Under the pieces are notes generated by a model that made no database searches, was not told where the DNA came from, and was given only the letters and a program-made list of their open reading frames with translations. Of a DNA stretch of 64,000 nt, positions 9,807-19,744 are shown in pieces; position 1 is the first letter of the stretch; each line of letters opens with the position of its first letter. The DNA comes from Candidatus Velthaea sp. Its GTDB lineage: Bacteria; Vulcanimicrobiota; Vulcanimicrobiia; Vulcanimicrobiales; Vulcanimicrobiaceae. The translations under genes were made by a program, and so were the position numbers. The stretch spans positions 256,001-320,000 of the forward strand of contig CBDCCS010000018.1 of the NCBI GenBank assembly GCA_965214935.1, read 5' to 3'.

Positions 9807-10463
9807 ATGAAATACGTTTTTGCCGCGCTTGCCGTCATCGCGGCCGTTGTTGCGCTCTACATTCACCCGCCGGCGTTTCATGCCGCCGGGCAACCCGCAG
9901 ACGTTACAACGCCGAGCGGGATCCGCACCGGCGCACCGGTCGAGAGCGGTCGCGCGCCGGCTCCGATAGCTCGGTTCGTCGTCGTCTACGTCGCGGGTGC
10001 GGTTCGCACGCCGGGCGTTTACCGCCTGGCGTCTACCGGTCGCGCCATCGATGCGCTGGCCCGAGCCGGCGGCGCTCGACCGGATGCCGATTTGGTTGCC
10101 GTGAACCTTGCCGAACCGCTCGTCGACGGCGCCGAGATCGCGGTGCCCAAGCTTGGCGATCATTCGGCACGTGCAGCACGCGTCCGCGTCCCGCACCGGG
10201 CGCACGGCAAGCGGCGGCACCATGTCCTTTCGCGCGCGGCGAAGGACACGCCGGACGCTTCACCGGTTGCGCCGATCGATCTCAATGTCGCAACGCCGGC
10301 AATGCTCGAGGACGTGCCCGGCATCGGACCGGGCATTGCCGCGCGGATCGTCGCTTATCGCGAGCTCAATGGGCCGTTCGCGAGCGTCGATGAGCTGGCG
10401 GATGTTGCCGGAATTACGCCGCGACTTCAAGACGCATTAGCTGCCGCCGTCGTCATCCGTTGA
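9807..10463 (+). CDS. comEA: ComEA family DNA-binding/uptake protein (TM, SLBB, HhH)
   Basis: N-terminal TM, VYVAGAVRTPGVYRL (SLBB), IDLNVAT...VPGIGPGIAARIVAYRELNGPF (HhH). Confidence 0.9.
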   Translation: MKYVFAALAVIAAVVALYIHPPAFHAAGQPADVTTPSGIRTGAPVESGRAPAPIARFVVVYVAGAVRTPGVYRLASTGRAIDALARAGGARPDADLVAVNLAEPLVDGAEIAVPKLGDHSARAARVRVPHRAHGKRRHHVLSRAAKDTPDASPVAPIDLNVATPAMLEDVPGIGPGIAARIVAYRELNGPFASVDELADVAGITPRLQDALAAAVVIR

Positions 10464-10466
10464 AAA

Positions 10467-10492
10467 CGGCCCCGGCGTTGCCGCCGGGACCG
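10467..10492 (-). terminator. Probable intrinsic terminator between convergent comEA and TPM genes
   Basis: cggccccggcg-ttgc-cgccgggaccg hairpin with an adjacent aaaa run (U-tract on the minus strand). Confidence 0.45.
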
Positions 10493-10512
10493 CTCAGTGC
10501 CGAGAATCGCGG

Positions 10513-11511
10513 CTACCAGCCGCCGCCGCTATCATCGCCGCCGCCGAAATCACCGCCGCCGCCGCCACCGCCGAAGTCGCCGCCGCCACCGCCGCCGCCG
10601 CCGTCACCCCAGCCGCCGAAGCTTGCATTGCCCATATCGGCTTGGCCGGCATCGCCTTGAAAGCCGCTGGCATCCCCCGTCGACTGACCCTGATCGACGA
10701 AGCCGGCCTGGTTGCCGCCGAAATCATCGCGCCGGCCGCCGCCGAAGAGTTCGTTGCCGAGGAACGCTCCGCCTAAGCCGCCCATCAAGCCGCTCCAAAA
10801 TCCGCCGCCCCCACCGCCGTAGCCGCCGCCATAACCCGGGCCATAACCGCCGCCCATCATGGGGCCGCCGCCGCCGTAGCCGGCACCGGGCGGCATCATG
10901 CGCGGCCCGGCCATCGCGCGAAAGATACCGCGAATCACAAAGAAGATGATCGCCAGAACGATCAAGATGCCGATAAAGCCCATGTTGAAGAACCCTGCCT
11001 GACTGGAGCGGACTTCGCCGCCCCCGACGGGTGCATATGACGCTTTCTGATGTGTCAGCGCACCGAGGTGACTACGGTAAAACGACAGCGACAGATCGAC
11101 GCCTTCATTGATTCCGCCGTTATAATCGCCCGAATTGAAGCCGCTTTTGATCGCCGTTCGTATAGCCGACGTCGTCGACGGCGGAAAGAACGAACTCGAG
11201 ACGCGATCAGGAACGACGCCGATCGTCTTCGGTGATTTCGCGATGAAAATCAGAACGCCGTTCACCTGCTGCTTCGCGAACACGGCCTCGGCGGCGGCTT
11301 GCGGCGTGCCGTCGACGGTCGTCTCGGTGTCGACAAAGACCTCTTTATGCGCCGTTGCGGCGAAATCCGAAACTTTGGCGTTTATCGACGAAATTGCGGC
11401 CGCGGAAAACAGATGCGCGTTGTCGGCGACATACGAATCTCGCGCGAACGCAGGCAGCGCGGTCGTTCCAAGCGCGAGGGTCAGCGCGGCAATTGCAGGG
11501 ACGGTTTTCAT
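10513..11511 (-). CDS. TPM-domain (YgcG/DUF477-like) membrane protein with Gly-rich tail
   Basis: Signal peptide (ALPAFA), YVADNAHLFS TPM start, FNSGDYNGGI, one TM, GGGDFGGG...GGGW tail. SD GGAGG upstream. Confidence 0.85.
   Translation of the reverse strand: MKTVPAIAALTLALGTTALPAFARDSYVADNAHLFSAAAISSINAKVSDFAATAHKEVFVDTETTVDGTPQAAAEAVFAKQQVNGVLIFIAKSPKTIGVVPDRVSSSFFPPSTTSAIRTAIKSGFNSGDYNGGINEGVDLSLSFYRSHLGALTHQKASYAPVGGGEVRSSQAGFFNMGFIGILIVLAIIFFVIRGIFRAMAGPRMMPPGAGYGGGGPMMGGGYGPGYGGGYGGGGGGFWSGLMGGLGGAFLGNELFGGGRRDDFGGNQAGFVDQGQSTGDASGFQGDAGQADMGNASFGGWGDGGGGGGGGDFGGGGGGGDFGGGDDSGGGW
10515..10890. repeat. Low-complexity (CCG)n tract encoding the Gly-rich tail
   Basis: Runs of ccg/gcc triplets that encode GGGG, GGGY and GGGDF on the minus strand. 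Confidence 0.8.
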
Positions 11512-11561
11512 GGTGGTGCGGGTCCTCCGGTTTGTACTACCATACCCCGCAACCCGGTGTT

Positions 11562-11696
11562 TCAGTGCAATGCGAGAAGGGTGACGGCTCCGACGGACCC
11601 CAGCACGAAAATGGCGATGAACACCCAAACAAAGGCTTTGAGCCAGAACTGCCGAGTGCGCGCCTGACCTCGGGGCGAGCGGACGCGCTGCTTCAC
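11562..11696 (-). CDS. 44-aa single-pass small membrane protein (DUF4044-like architecture)
   Basis: Not in the ORF track. The GTG overlaps the rsfS TGA (GTGA). Sequence: MKQRVRSPRGQARTRQFWLKAFVWVFIAIFVLGSVGAVTLLALH. Confidence 0.7.
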   Translation of the reverse strand: MKQRVRSPRGQARTRQFWLKAFVWVFIAIFVLGSVGAVTLLALH

Positions 11697-12103
11697 GATG
11701 ATTGCGCTCGCGCCTCAACCGGCCGGCCCCAGAGCCGCTCGAGGTTGTAAAACTGACGTTGATCGGGCGTGAAGACGTGGACGATCACGTGGCCTAAATC
11801 GATGAGAATCCAACCGCCGTCATTGTAGCCCTCGGTCCGTGCGACCGGAAAACCATTGGCGCGAGCCGCCTCGGTAACGGCGTCGGCGATCGAACGGGTC
11901 TGAATCTTCGAGCGGCCGGTCACGATAACGAATGAATCCGCGACGATCGTGCGTCCCTCAAGATCGATGATCGTGATGTCTTCGCCCTTTTTGTCGTCGG
12001 CGGCGGTCTGAACGGTAGCAAGCAAATCCGGCAGTGTCGGCCCTTTCTCAATGGGTGCGCCGCGAAGGTGCGGGTTACAATCGTTCGAGATATCCGGCCT
12101 CAA
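11693..12103 (-). CDS. rsfS: Ribosome silencing factor
   Basis: DDKKGEDITIIDL, DSFVIVTG, WILIDLGHVIVHVF, RQFYNLERLW. The true start may lie further downstream. Confidence 0.95.
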   Translation of the reverse strand: MRPDISNDCNPHLRGAPIEKGPTLPDLLATVQTAADDKKGEDITIIDLEGRTIVADSFVIVTGRSKIQTRSIADAVTEAARANGFPVARTEGYNDGGWILIDLGHVIVHVFTPDQRQFYNLERLWGRPVEARAQSS

Positions 12104-12666
12104 ACACTCGCGGCCGGCCGGGCAAACGCCTCACGCGTCGCGAGCGTGTGCGGCGCGACCGGCAATCGGCGGCGTTCTAGATAGCGAATTGTCGAGCTCA
12201 GAACGTCGCGCATTGCGACGTGCAGATCCCGGAACGCCGTCGCGGCAATTTCCGCACGCTCGGCAAACTCGCGGCCCGGTTCGAGTGCGTCGGCCAGATA
12301 CACGATGACGTCGAGCCGGCTCATCGGCAGCACCGGAATCGTATGCTGACGGATCGCCGACAAAATCGCCTCATCGGTAATGCCGAACCGTTCGCGGACC
12401 AGTTCGGCGCCCAAGCGCGCGTGCAACACGATCGGATTCGCCCGTTCGAATGCGTCGATCGGCAGCGAGCGTACGATGCACTCATCGATTAGCTGTCGAC
12501 CGCTATAGAGGCGCGCAACGTCATGGAAAAGTCCGGCTAGCCGTGCTTTGAACGAATCTTCGCCGTGCGCGGACGCAAGCCGCTCGGCGAAGCGCGCCAC
12601 CCGGATAACGTGGGCGAACCGATACTCCTGGGCAAGACCGGAGCGAACGGCGGCCACGGCACGCAC
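12100..12666 (-). CDS. yqeK: HD-domain Ap4A hydrolase YqeK
   Basis: RFAHVIRVA, LAGLFHDVAR, VLHARLGA, AIRQHT, YLADALEPGR. Adjacent to rsfS. Confidence 0.88.
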   Translation of the reverse strand: MRAVAAVRSGLAQEYRFAHVIRVARFAERLASAHGEDSFKARLAGLFHDVARLYSGRQLIDECIVRSLPIDAFERANPIVLHARLGAELVRERFGITDEAILSAIRQHTIPVLPMSRLDVIVYLADALEPGREFAERAEIAATAFRDLHVAMRDVLSSTIRYLERRRLPVAPHTLATREAFARPAASV

Positions 12667-12707
12667 GAAACTCCGTCCGTCAGTTGGTTGCGAAACGCCC
12701 GCCGGAT

Positions 12708-13283
12708 TCAGCGCGAATCGGCGGCGTTATCGCGCGCCAAGGCATCTTTAAGTACGGCCAGCCGGCTCGCATACAGTGGTCCGCGCAGGTTTCCGGCCCA
12801 CATGACAAGCGCGTTTTCATTGTTGTCGCTGTAATAGCCGCGTCGCGTCGACACCGTCGTAAAGCCGTATTTGCGATAGAGCCGCTGTGCGACTTCATTG
12901 CTTTCGCGCACCTCGAGGGTGATCCACGATGCGCGCGCGGCGATCGCCTGATCGAGCAAATGAATGAGCATCTCTTCGCCCAGTTTGCGTCCACGGTAAT
13001 TCGGATGCACGGCGATCGTGGTCACGTGCGAATCTTCGAGTATCACCCAGATCCCGCCGTATGCGACGATTTCCCCCTCGATGCGTCCGACAAAGTAATG
13101 CGCCAGCTTATTGTCCCGAATCTCGTTGACGAAAGCGTTTTGCGGCCAGGACGATGTAAATGACAGCCCTTCGATCGACAGTACCGCGGCAATGTCGGCG
13201 GCGTTCATTTCGGCGATCTCGAGCCGGCGCGGGCGACCGTGGCCCGGCGGCTCAAGCTCGGCTTTAATGATCGGGCCGGTCAT
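12708..13283 (-). CDS. rimI: Ribosomal protein S18 alanine N-acetyltransferase
   Basis: HVTTIAVHPNYRGRKLG, TLEVRESNEVAQRLYRKYGF, RRGYYSDNNENALVMW. Confidence 0.92.
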   Translation of the reverse strand: MTGPIIKAELEPPGHGRPRRLEIAEMNAADIAAVLSIEGLSFTSSWPQNAFVNEIRDNKLAHYFVGRIEGEIVAYGGIWVILEDSHVTTIAVHPNYRGRKLGEEMLIHLLDQAIAARASWITLEVRESNEVAQRLYRKYGFTTVSTRRGYYSDNNENALVMWAGNLRGPLYASRLAVLKDALARDNAADSR

Positions 13284-13314
13284 GACGGCAAAGATGAAGT
13301 CTCACAGGTTACTC

Positions 13315-13995
13315 TCATGCGCCGCTAAGCGGTCGAATCGTACGGGCTTTCGGTACAGTTACTGCAGGTAATTCGCCGTAATCCGGTTTGATCGCGTGAA
13401 GATTCACCGGCTGCCGGAAGCGAGCGAGCTGCGCGATAACGATGGCCGGATTTTCAGCAGCTCTCGTTATGAGACGCCGAACGTTTTGACGGCGTTCGGC
13501 GATGAACGAAAGAACGTCCTCCGTGTTCGCAGCGACCGTCAACGTCTGCGCCGGCGGGACTCGGGCGATCAGCTCCTCGCAGACCGTCGACGTTACGCCG
13601 CATGCCGTTTGCTGCGCGCCGCCGGCTACCGTTAGCCGGGCGCAGATGACACCCGGCCGTCCGGCGACCGCTGCTAGGACCGGCAACGGCGTATCGGGCG
13701 GCGCCAAGACGTCGTATGATGAAATGCCGACCAGCGGGACATTCGCCCCATACGCTAGACTCTTCGCGAACGACAGCACGATTCGAACGCCGGTGAACGA
13801 GCCGGGTCCGGTACCGACTGCAATACAATCCAGAGCAGCGAGGCGAAGGCCCGCCGAGTCGAGTAACCGGGCAATTCGCGCGATGCCCGTTTCGAGCGCG
13901 TCGTTGCTCGCCGAACGCTCCGCAACGACCCGCTCGTCGATGGCCAGCGCCGCGGAAAAATAGCCGAGCGCTGCGTCGAGGGCGAGAATCTTCAC
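13315..13995 (-). CDS. tsaB: tRNA t6A biosynthesis protein TsaB
   Basis: KILALD start, IAVGTGPGSFTGVRI. GTG overlaps the tsaE stop. Confidence 0.92.
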   Translation of the reverse strand: MKILALDAALGYFSAALAIDERVVAERSASNDALETGIARIARLLDSAGLRLAALDCIAVGTGPGSFTGVRIVLSFAKSLAYGANVPLVGISSYDVLAPPDTPLPVLAAVAGRPGVICARLTVAGGAQQTACGVTSTVCEELIARVPPAQTLTVAANTEDVLSFIAERRQNVRRLITRAAENPAIVIAQLARFRQPVNLHAIKPDYGELPAVTVPKARTIRPLSGA

Positions 13996-14408
13996 GAGCC
14001 TCGCACGACGATCGTCCGCGGCCCCGACCCGCTGCCGGTAATGTCTAAGGCGATGGCGCCCGGCGGAAGAATCGAGGGCGCACGCTCGGCCCATTCGACG
14101 AAGGTAATCCGGTCCGGGCCAAAGGCGTCGTCGAGGCCGAGTTCGTCGAGTTCGGCCGGATCTTCCAGCCGGAAAAGATCGATATGTTCGATCAACGGCG
14201 TTCCGTCGTAGCTCTGCCGGAAGACGAACGTGGGCGACGTTACCGCGGCGTCGCTGCCGTGCAATCGGCGCAAAAGCGCGCGGACCAGCGCCGTTTTTCC
14301 GGCGCCGAGCAAGCCGTGCAGCGCAACTGCCGACCCGGGCCGTAACTCGCGAGCGAAGGCATCGGCGAAAGCGTCGAGCGCGCGCAGGTCGGGTACCGCT
14401 ATCTCCAT
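13992..14408 (-). CDS. tsaE: tRNA t6A biosynthesis ATPase TsaE
   Basis: GLLGAGKT P-loop, VTSPTF, HIDLFRL, FVEWAER. Confidence 0.95.
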   Translation of the reverse strand: MEIAVPDLRALDAFADAFARELRPGSAVALHGLLGAGKTALVRALLRRLHGSDAAVTSPTFVFRQSYDGTPLIEHIDLFRLEDPAELDELGLDDAFGPDRITFVEWAERAPSILPPGAIALDITGSGSGPRTIVVRGS

Positions 14409-14451
14409 GCGCTTAGAAGATACACCATACGCAAACACGAACATTTCGACG

Positions 14452-14691
14452 ATGTTTCTGCGCATGAGCGACGTTCTCGTCGGAGTCATCGCGGGGGCGG
14501 TTTGTTCCGTTCTCGCCGCCGGTTTCGAGGCGATCATCGTCACGTTGCGTTTTTTTTCCGTCGGACACCTCGGCGGCGGCATCGGCAGTAAGTTTCTGCT
14601 CATTGCGGTGCTCGGTGCCGTCGTCGGCGGTAGCGTCGGCTTCATCGTGGGCGCACTGGTGCGGCCGCGCGAACCCGGTCCCGTTCGTTAA
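14452..14691 (+). CDS. Hypothetical small two-TM membrane protein
   Basis: 79 aa with two Gly-rich hydrophobic helices. Fills the gap before gyrA. Confidence 0.65.
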   Translation: MFLRMSDVLVGVIAGAVCSVLAAGFEAIIVTLRFFSVGHLGGGIGSKFLLIAVLGAVVGGSVGFIVGALVRPREPGPVR

Positions 14692-14750
14692 CGTCGCTGT
14701 GTTAATACGCGCCGGCCTGCGGCGTCATCGGAAAGAGTTGTGTTCCGGCT

Positions 14751-17339
14751 GTGAATAACGATCGCGTTTCGCTCATTAACGTCGAAGACGAAATGCGCGA
14801 GAGTTATCTCTCGTATGCGATGTCGGTTATCGCCTCCCGTGCGCTGCCGGACGTACGCGATGGACTCAAGCCGGTGCAACGGCGCATCCTGTACGCAATG
14901 CGCGAGAATGGGATGACGCCCGACAAGCAACATCGCAAGTCGGCCGGCGTCATCGGCGATGTTCTCAAATATTATCATCCGCACGGCGATAGTTCGGTCT
15001 ACGATGCGCTCGTGCGAATGGCGCAAGATTTCACGTTACGCTATCCGCTCGTTGACGGCCATGGAAATTTCGGTTCGATCGATCCCGATCCGCCGGCGGC
15101 TTATCGCTATACCGAAGCCCGGCTCGCGCGCATCGCGATGGAAATGCTCGTCGATATCGACAAAGAGACCGTCGACTTCGTTCCGAATTTCGACAACCAG
15201 ACGACCGAACCGGTCGTCCTGCCCGCGAAGCTGCCGCAATTACTCATTAACGGGTCGAGCGGTATCGCCGTCGGCATGGCGACGAATATACCGCCGCACA
15301 ATATTGCAGAGATCTGCGACGCGGTCGTTAAGGTCATCGATCGGACGACGGCCTCGGACGACGAACTCTTCGACGAGCTGCTCGACATCGTTCACGGGCC
15401 GGATTTTCCGACCGGCGGCATTTTGATGGGGCGCGAAGCGATTCGCACCGCATACCGCACCGGGCGCGGCTCCGTGCCTTTGCGCGGCAAGGCCGAGATC
15501 GTCGAAGAAGACGGTAAATACAAGATCGTCATCAGCGAAGTGCCGTTTCAGGTCTCGGTAAATCGCATTCTCGAAGCGATCTCCGACGCGCACTCCGAGA
15601 AAAGAATCGTCGGAATTTCACGGCTTGATAACGAGTCGAACCGGCACGGCATGCGGATCGTCGTTCAATTGCAGCGTAACGCGATACCGAACGTCGTACT
15701 CAATCAGCTCTACAAACAAACGCCGCTGCAGTCCAGCTTTGCTTTTAATATGCTCGCGCTGGTGCCCGCGAAGCGCTCGGACGGCAGTGCCTACGTGCTG
15801 GCCGGCAGCACTCAGACGCAACTCGAACCGCAAGTCCTCTCTTTGCTCGACATGCTCAAGTATTTCATCGAGCATCGCAAAGAAGTCGTGCGCCGGCGAG
15901 CCGAGTACGAACTCAACCGCGCGCGCGACCGGGCGCATCTCTTACTCGGTTTTCTCGTCGCGCTCGATAATATTGACCGCGTCATCGCCATCATCCGTGA
16001 GAGCGATACGGTTGAAACCGCACGCGAGCGGTTAGTTGCCGAACCGTTCGTGCTGTCCGACGCGTTTCGCCGCATGGCGCGCACGGAGATCGACGATGAT
16101 TTTCGCTTATCGGCAACGCAGGCGGTGGCAATCGTCGATATGCGGCTGCGCACGCTCGTCGGTCTCGAACGGCAGAAGATCGAAGACGAACATACTGCAT
16201 TGGTCCGAACCATCGCGGAGCTTCTAGAGTTACTCGCCAGCGAAACGAAGATACTTGCCGTCGTTAAAGACGAGACCGTCGATGTTCGCAAGCGTTTCGG
16301 CGATGCGCGCCGGACGCCCGTCGAGGCGCTCGACGGCGAACTTTCAATCGAAGACATCATCGCCGACACCGAAGTCGTCATTACGTCGACCGTCGGCGGC
16401 TATATCAAGCGTGTTTCGGTCGATACGTTCCGCCAGCAGAATCGCGGCGGCCGCGGCGTCGTCGGTATCGCCAATCTCAAAAAAGAAGATGTCGTCGCCA
16501 ACTTCTTCGTTGCGACGACACATCAGCACGTTCTCTTCTTTACCAACAAGGGCCGGGCGTATCGCTTACGAGCGTACGAGATCCCCGACTCCACGCGTCA
16601 GGCGCGCGGTACGGCACTCGTTAATCTGCTGACCTTACCGCCGGGTGAAAGCGTAACGGCCGTCTTCCCCATTCGCGACTTCGAGGGTGACAATTATCTC
16701 GTCATGGTCACGCGCCAAGGCGTGATCAAGAAAACGAAACTCGAAGAGTTCTCGAACGTGCGCCGTAACGGACTCAATGCCATCGGTCTGGACGATGCCG
16801 ACGAATTGCTCGGCGTCGATCTCTCGAACGGGACGCGCGACATCATTCTCGCGACGCATGACGGCATGGCCGTGCACTTCAATGAAAAAGATGTTCGTCC
16901 CATGGGCCGCAATGCGCGCGGCGTCCGGGCCATTACATTGGCACCGGGCGATACGGTCGAGGCAATGGATGTCGTCGAAGACGACCGGCGCGAAGTGCTC
17001 ATCGTGACGTCGCAAGCCTACGGGAAGCGAACGCCGATCGATGATTACCGCCATACCGCGCGCGGCGGCAAAGGCGTCAAAGCGTTTGCCAAAGAGAAAG
17101 AAATCGGCCATGTGGTCGATCAGATACTCGTGCGCGACGATGACGAGTTACTGCTCATCACGAGCGGCAATCAAGTCATCCGGATCGCCGTCGATCAAAT
17201 TCGGCGCGCCGGGCGTTCGACCAAAGGCGTGCGGTTGCAGCGCCTCGAGAAGGGTGACTCGGTCATTGCCATCGCCAACCTCGGCCAAGTCTCGAAACGG
17301 GTTGCCGACATCACCGGCGAGGAGCCGCCGATCGTTTAA
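14751..17339 (+). CDS. gyrA: DNA gyrase subunit A
   Basis: [22 protein letters not shown], catalytic RYTE, GyrA-box QNRGGRG and beta-pinwheel repeats. Confidence 0.97.
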   Translation: MNNDRVSLINVEDEMRESYLSYAMSVIASRALPDVRDGLKPVQRRILYAMRENGMTPDKQHRKSAGVIGDVLKYYHPHGDSSVYDALVRMAQDFTLRYPLVDGHGNFGSIDPDPPAAYRYTEARLARIAMEMLVDIDKETVDFVPNFDNQTTEPVVLPAKLPQLLINGSSGIAVGMATNIPPHNIAEICDAVVKVIDRTTASDDELFDELLDIVHGPDFPTGGILMGREAIRTAYRTGRGSVPLRGKAEIVEEDGKYKIVISEVPFQVSVNRILEAISDAHSEKRIVGISRLDNESNRHGMRIVVQLQRNAIPNVVLNQLYKQTPLQSSFAFNMLALVPAKRSDGSAYVLAGSTQTQLEPQVLSLLDMLKYFIEHRKEVVRRRAEYELNRARDRAHLLLGFLVALDNIDRVIAIIRESDTVETARERLVAEPFVLSDAFRRMARTEIDDDFRLSATQAVAIVDMRLRTLVGLERQKIEDEHTALVRTIAELLELLASETKILAVVKDETVDVRKRFGDARRTPVEALDGELSIEDIIADTEVVITSTVGGYIKRVSVDTFRQQNRGGRGVVGIANLKKEDVVANFFVATTHQHVLFFTNKGRAYRLRAYEIPDSTRQARGTALVNLLTLPPGESVTAVFPIRDFEGDNYLVMVTRQGVIKKTKLEEFSNVRRNGLNAIGLDDADELLGVDLSNGTRDIILATHDGMAVHFNEKDVRPMGRNARGVRAITLAPGDTVEAMDVVEDDRREVLIVTSQAYGKRTPIDDYRHTARGGKGVKAFAKEKEIGHVVDQILVRDDDELLLITSGNQVIRIAVDQIRRAGRSTKGVRLQRLEKGDSVIAIANLGQVSKRVADITGEEPPIV

Positions 17340-17407
17340 GCGATCGGCATTCCGAAACCGGCAGACTTTGCTGCGGGTCCAACGGAACGGAGGTATATGA
17401 CCAACTT

Positions 17408-17740
17408 ATGAGCGCACTGCCCGACGTCTCTCAGAGCACGTTTCCGACCACCGTGCTTGCATCCGACAAGCCGGTCCTCGTCGATTTTTGGGCCCCTTGG
17501 TGCGGCCCGTGCAAAATGCTTGCACCCGTCGTCGAAAAAATCGCCGGTACGATGGGCGACAGAATGTCGTTCGTGAAGCTCAATACCGATGAGGCTCCAA
17601 GCCTCGCCGGCGAGTACCAAGTCTCCGGTATTCCATGTCTGATCCTCTTTAAAGGCGGTCAAGCCGTCGATCGGATCGTCGGGTTCGTCAACGAGTCGAC
17701 GATTACGTCGATGCTCAACAAGCACCTTACCGCCGCTTAG
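17408..17740 (+). CDS. trxA: Thioredoxin
   Basis: [12 protein letters not shown], cis-Pro motif SGIP. Confidence 0.97.
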   Translation: MSALPDVSQSTFPTTVLASDKPVLVDFWAPWCGPCKMLAPVVEKIAGTMGDRMSFVKLNTDEAPSLAGEYQVSGIPCLILFKGGQAVDRIVGFVNESTITSMLNKHLTAA

Positions 17741-18076
17741 AGCAAGCAACCTGCCCGAGTTTGCCGCCGGCAGCCGGGCCATTGCCGGCCGCGTTCGTAC
17801 GCGCTCGATTGCTGCGGACGATCGGCGCTCGATACTCGCGATACATCGACGCGTAGCTAGGCGCCGATAATTTTTTTGGCATCGACGTTCGCCGCTCCGA
17901 CGGCGGACGTGTTTGCGCGCTCGACTGCCCGGTTGACCGTACGCGACATGAAGTTGGCCGCTCGGTTAGCGCTTTGCGGTGGTGAGTGCGAAGCGTACGA
18001 TCCATAATCTTTGCTTAACAATCGTGCGTCACAGTAGCCTGCGGAACGTTTCATCATGTCTTGCGAAGGATTTGTT

Positions 18077-19717
18077 TTGCTTTCACGTTTGCTCCGCAGC
18101 TTCAGCGCAGGCGTAGCTTTAAGTGCTCTTGCGTCGGGCGTCGCCGCCGCGCAAAGTGCGCCCGGTCCTGCCCCATCACCGACAACCGACCGCTCCGGAA
18201 GCCCGAGTTCACCTGCGACGGTGCCGTCGGCGACCGGTTGGAATCCATTGCATGTACAAGGGCTCACGCTAAGCGGTACGCTTCGCGCCTTTGACTTTAA
18301 CCGGCTCAACACGCCGGAATATAACGGCGCGGCGGTTCCCGCGGCGACCGGGCCAAACCGGCAAGCCGTTAATTTCGGCGGTGTCTTGCGAGCTGACTAT
18401 AAGATCGGTACGACACCGTTTTCAGTCGGCGGCGCGTTGTGGGGCGCGTATCCGTTCGGGCTCAACGGCGGCACCGTAAACTGCAACGTCGGCGGCGGCC
18501 TTATCGTGCACCGTCCCGCGGCGCTTTGCGCTGCCAACAATGCCGGTACGGACAACACGTTGCCGGGCTATCCGCTCGAAACGTTCGAGTACTATGTGAA
18601 ATACACCGATAAGACGGCTGCTGTCGCAATCGGCGACCAGCTGCTCAACAAAGCCTGGTTGCCGGCGTCCGATTCGCGTATCAAACCCGCGTTATATCAA
18701 GGCATCGATGCGACCATCAACGTGACGAAAGCATTGGCGCTCGGATTGACGCGAATCACGCGCTTTGAAGACCGTACCGAATCGTTGTTCGACGAATGTA
18801 CGCTGCTGACGTGTACGACGACGCCTGCGGGTGTCGGTGGCGGCGGAGCATTTCGCGCTACCGAGCCGGGTACCACGGGTGCCGATCGGGTAGCGCTGAG
18901 CTTTAAGCCCAACGCTCGCGCGTCGGTTTTAGCAGAAACCTATCGGTTTCACAATATCGCGAATCTCACGTACTTCGAATCGAAGTACAACTTCATACCG
19001 AAGAACGTCTACAACCCGTACGCAGCGTTCCAGTTCTTGTCCGAACGTCAGAGCGGTCAAGCGATTCTCGGCCGCATCGAAGCACAGACGATCGGCCTGC
19101 AACTCGGCATCAATCCGGTCAAAAATCTGCTCGTTACCGTCGGCGTCGATCAAACACCGTGGAATTACGATGATCTTCCCGCAGCGTCGCTTGCAGCTGC
19201 GACACGCTTGGCGAGCGCGCGTTACTTTCTGCCCGGCGGTGGCACGGACCAGCCGCTAGGCGCCGGCGCGAACGGCGCCGTCAACGCAGCGCAGGTGTTA
19301 GCGATCCCCAGCCGGCCGGGATTTTACCGGGTGGCCTATGGCGGTATTGCTTCACCCTACTCTGATTCGTATGCCAGCGACCCGCTCTATACGACGAGCA
19401 TTTCGCAAGGTATGGCCGATCGCCGCAGCCCCGGCACGGCATTCAAAGGCGCAATAACCTATACGAGCAACGACAAGCGGCTCGTCGTCATAGCCAGCGA
19501 AGCTGCGTATAATTATGATTCTGCTTTTGCCCAAGTCAACGGTTTATTGCGCAATCGAACCTACGAACTCGACGGCGACGTGACCTATAACTTCAACACG
19601 GTGCGCAGTGGAACGTACCGGGGCTTCTCGGTTCGCGAGCGCTTTGCGGATCGCACGCAGCCGACGCTGCCGTACAACTTTAAATACATCCGGCATCAAT
19701 TACAATTTAGCTTCTGA
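18077..19717 (+). CDS. Outer-membrane beta-barrel protein (porin, OprD-like)
   Basis: Signal peptide ending AAA-Q, alternating beta-strand pattern, C-terminal beta-signal HQLQFSF. TTG start follows AAGGA (the track start is 18056). Confidence 0.72.
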   Translation: MLSRLLRSFSAGVALSALASGVAAAQSAPGPAPSPTTDRSGSPSSPATVPSATGWNPLHVQGLTLSGTLRAFDFNRLNTPEYNGAAVPAATGPNRQAVNFGGVLRADYKIGTTPFSVGGALWGAYPFGLNGGTVNCNVGGGLIVHRPAALCAANNAGTDNTLPGYPLETFEYYVKYTDKTAAVAIGDQLLNKAWLPASDSRIKPALYQGIDATINVTKALALGLTRITRFEDRTESLFDECTLLTCTTTPAGVGGGGAFRATEPGTTGADRVALSFKPNARASVLAETYRFHNIANLTYFESKYNFIPKNVYNPYAAFQFLSERQSGQAILGRIEAQTIGLQLGINPVKNLLVTVGVDQTPWNYDDLPAASLAAATRLASARYFLPGGGTDQPLGAGANGAVNAAQVLAIPSRPGFYRVAYGGIASPYSDSYASDPLYTTSISQGMADRRSPGTAFKGAITYTSNDKRLVVIASEAAYNYDSAFAQVNGLLRNRTYELDGDVTYNFNTVRSGTYRGFSVRERFADRTQPTLPYNFKYIRHQLQFSF

Positions 19718-19744
19718 CTGCGGGCGTGCCGCAAGCACGGCGGT

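Noticed and set aside
9734..9838. N-terminal extensions of leuS and comEA in the ORF track
   Set aside because: They would overlap head-to-head. Downstream ATGs (9733 and 9807) fit the families.
10460..10949. Poly-Pro and poly-Arg ORFs, or a tandem repeat array
   Set aside because: Antisense and alternate frames of the Gly-rich TPM tail. No repeat-spacer structure, so not CRISPR.
11512..11692. Riboswitch or ncRNA upstream of the TPM gene
   Set aside because: Better explained by the 44-aa membrane ORF. No riboswitch consensus recognised.
18003..18033. Pho-box-like repeats upstream of the porin
   Set aside because: The repeats are too degenerate and the spacing is inconsistent.
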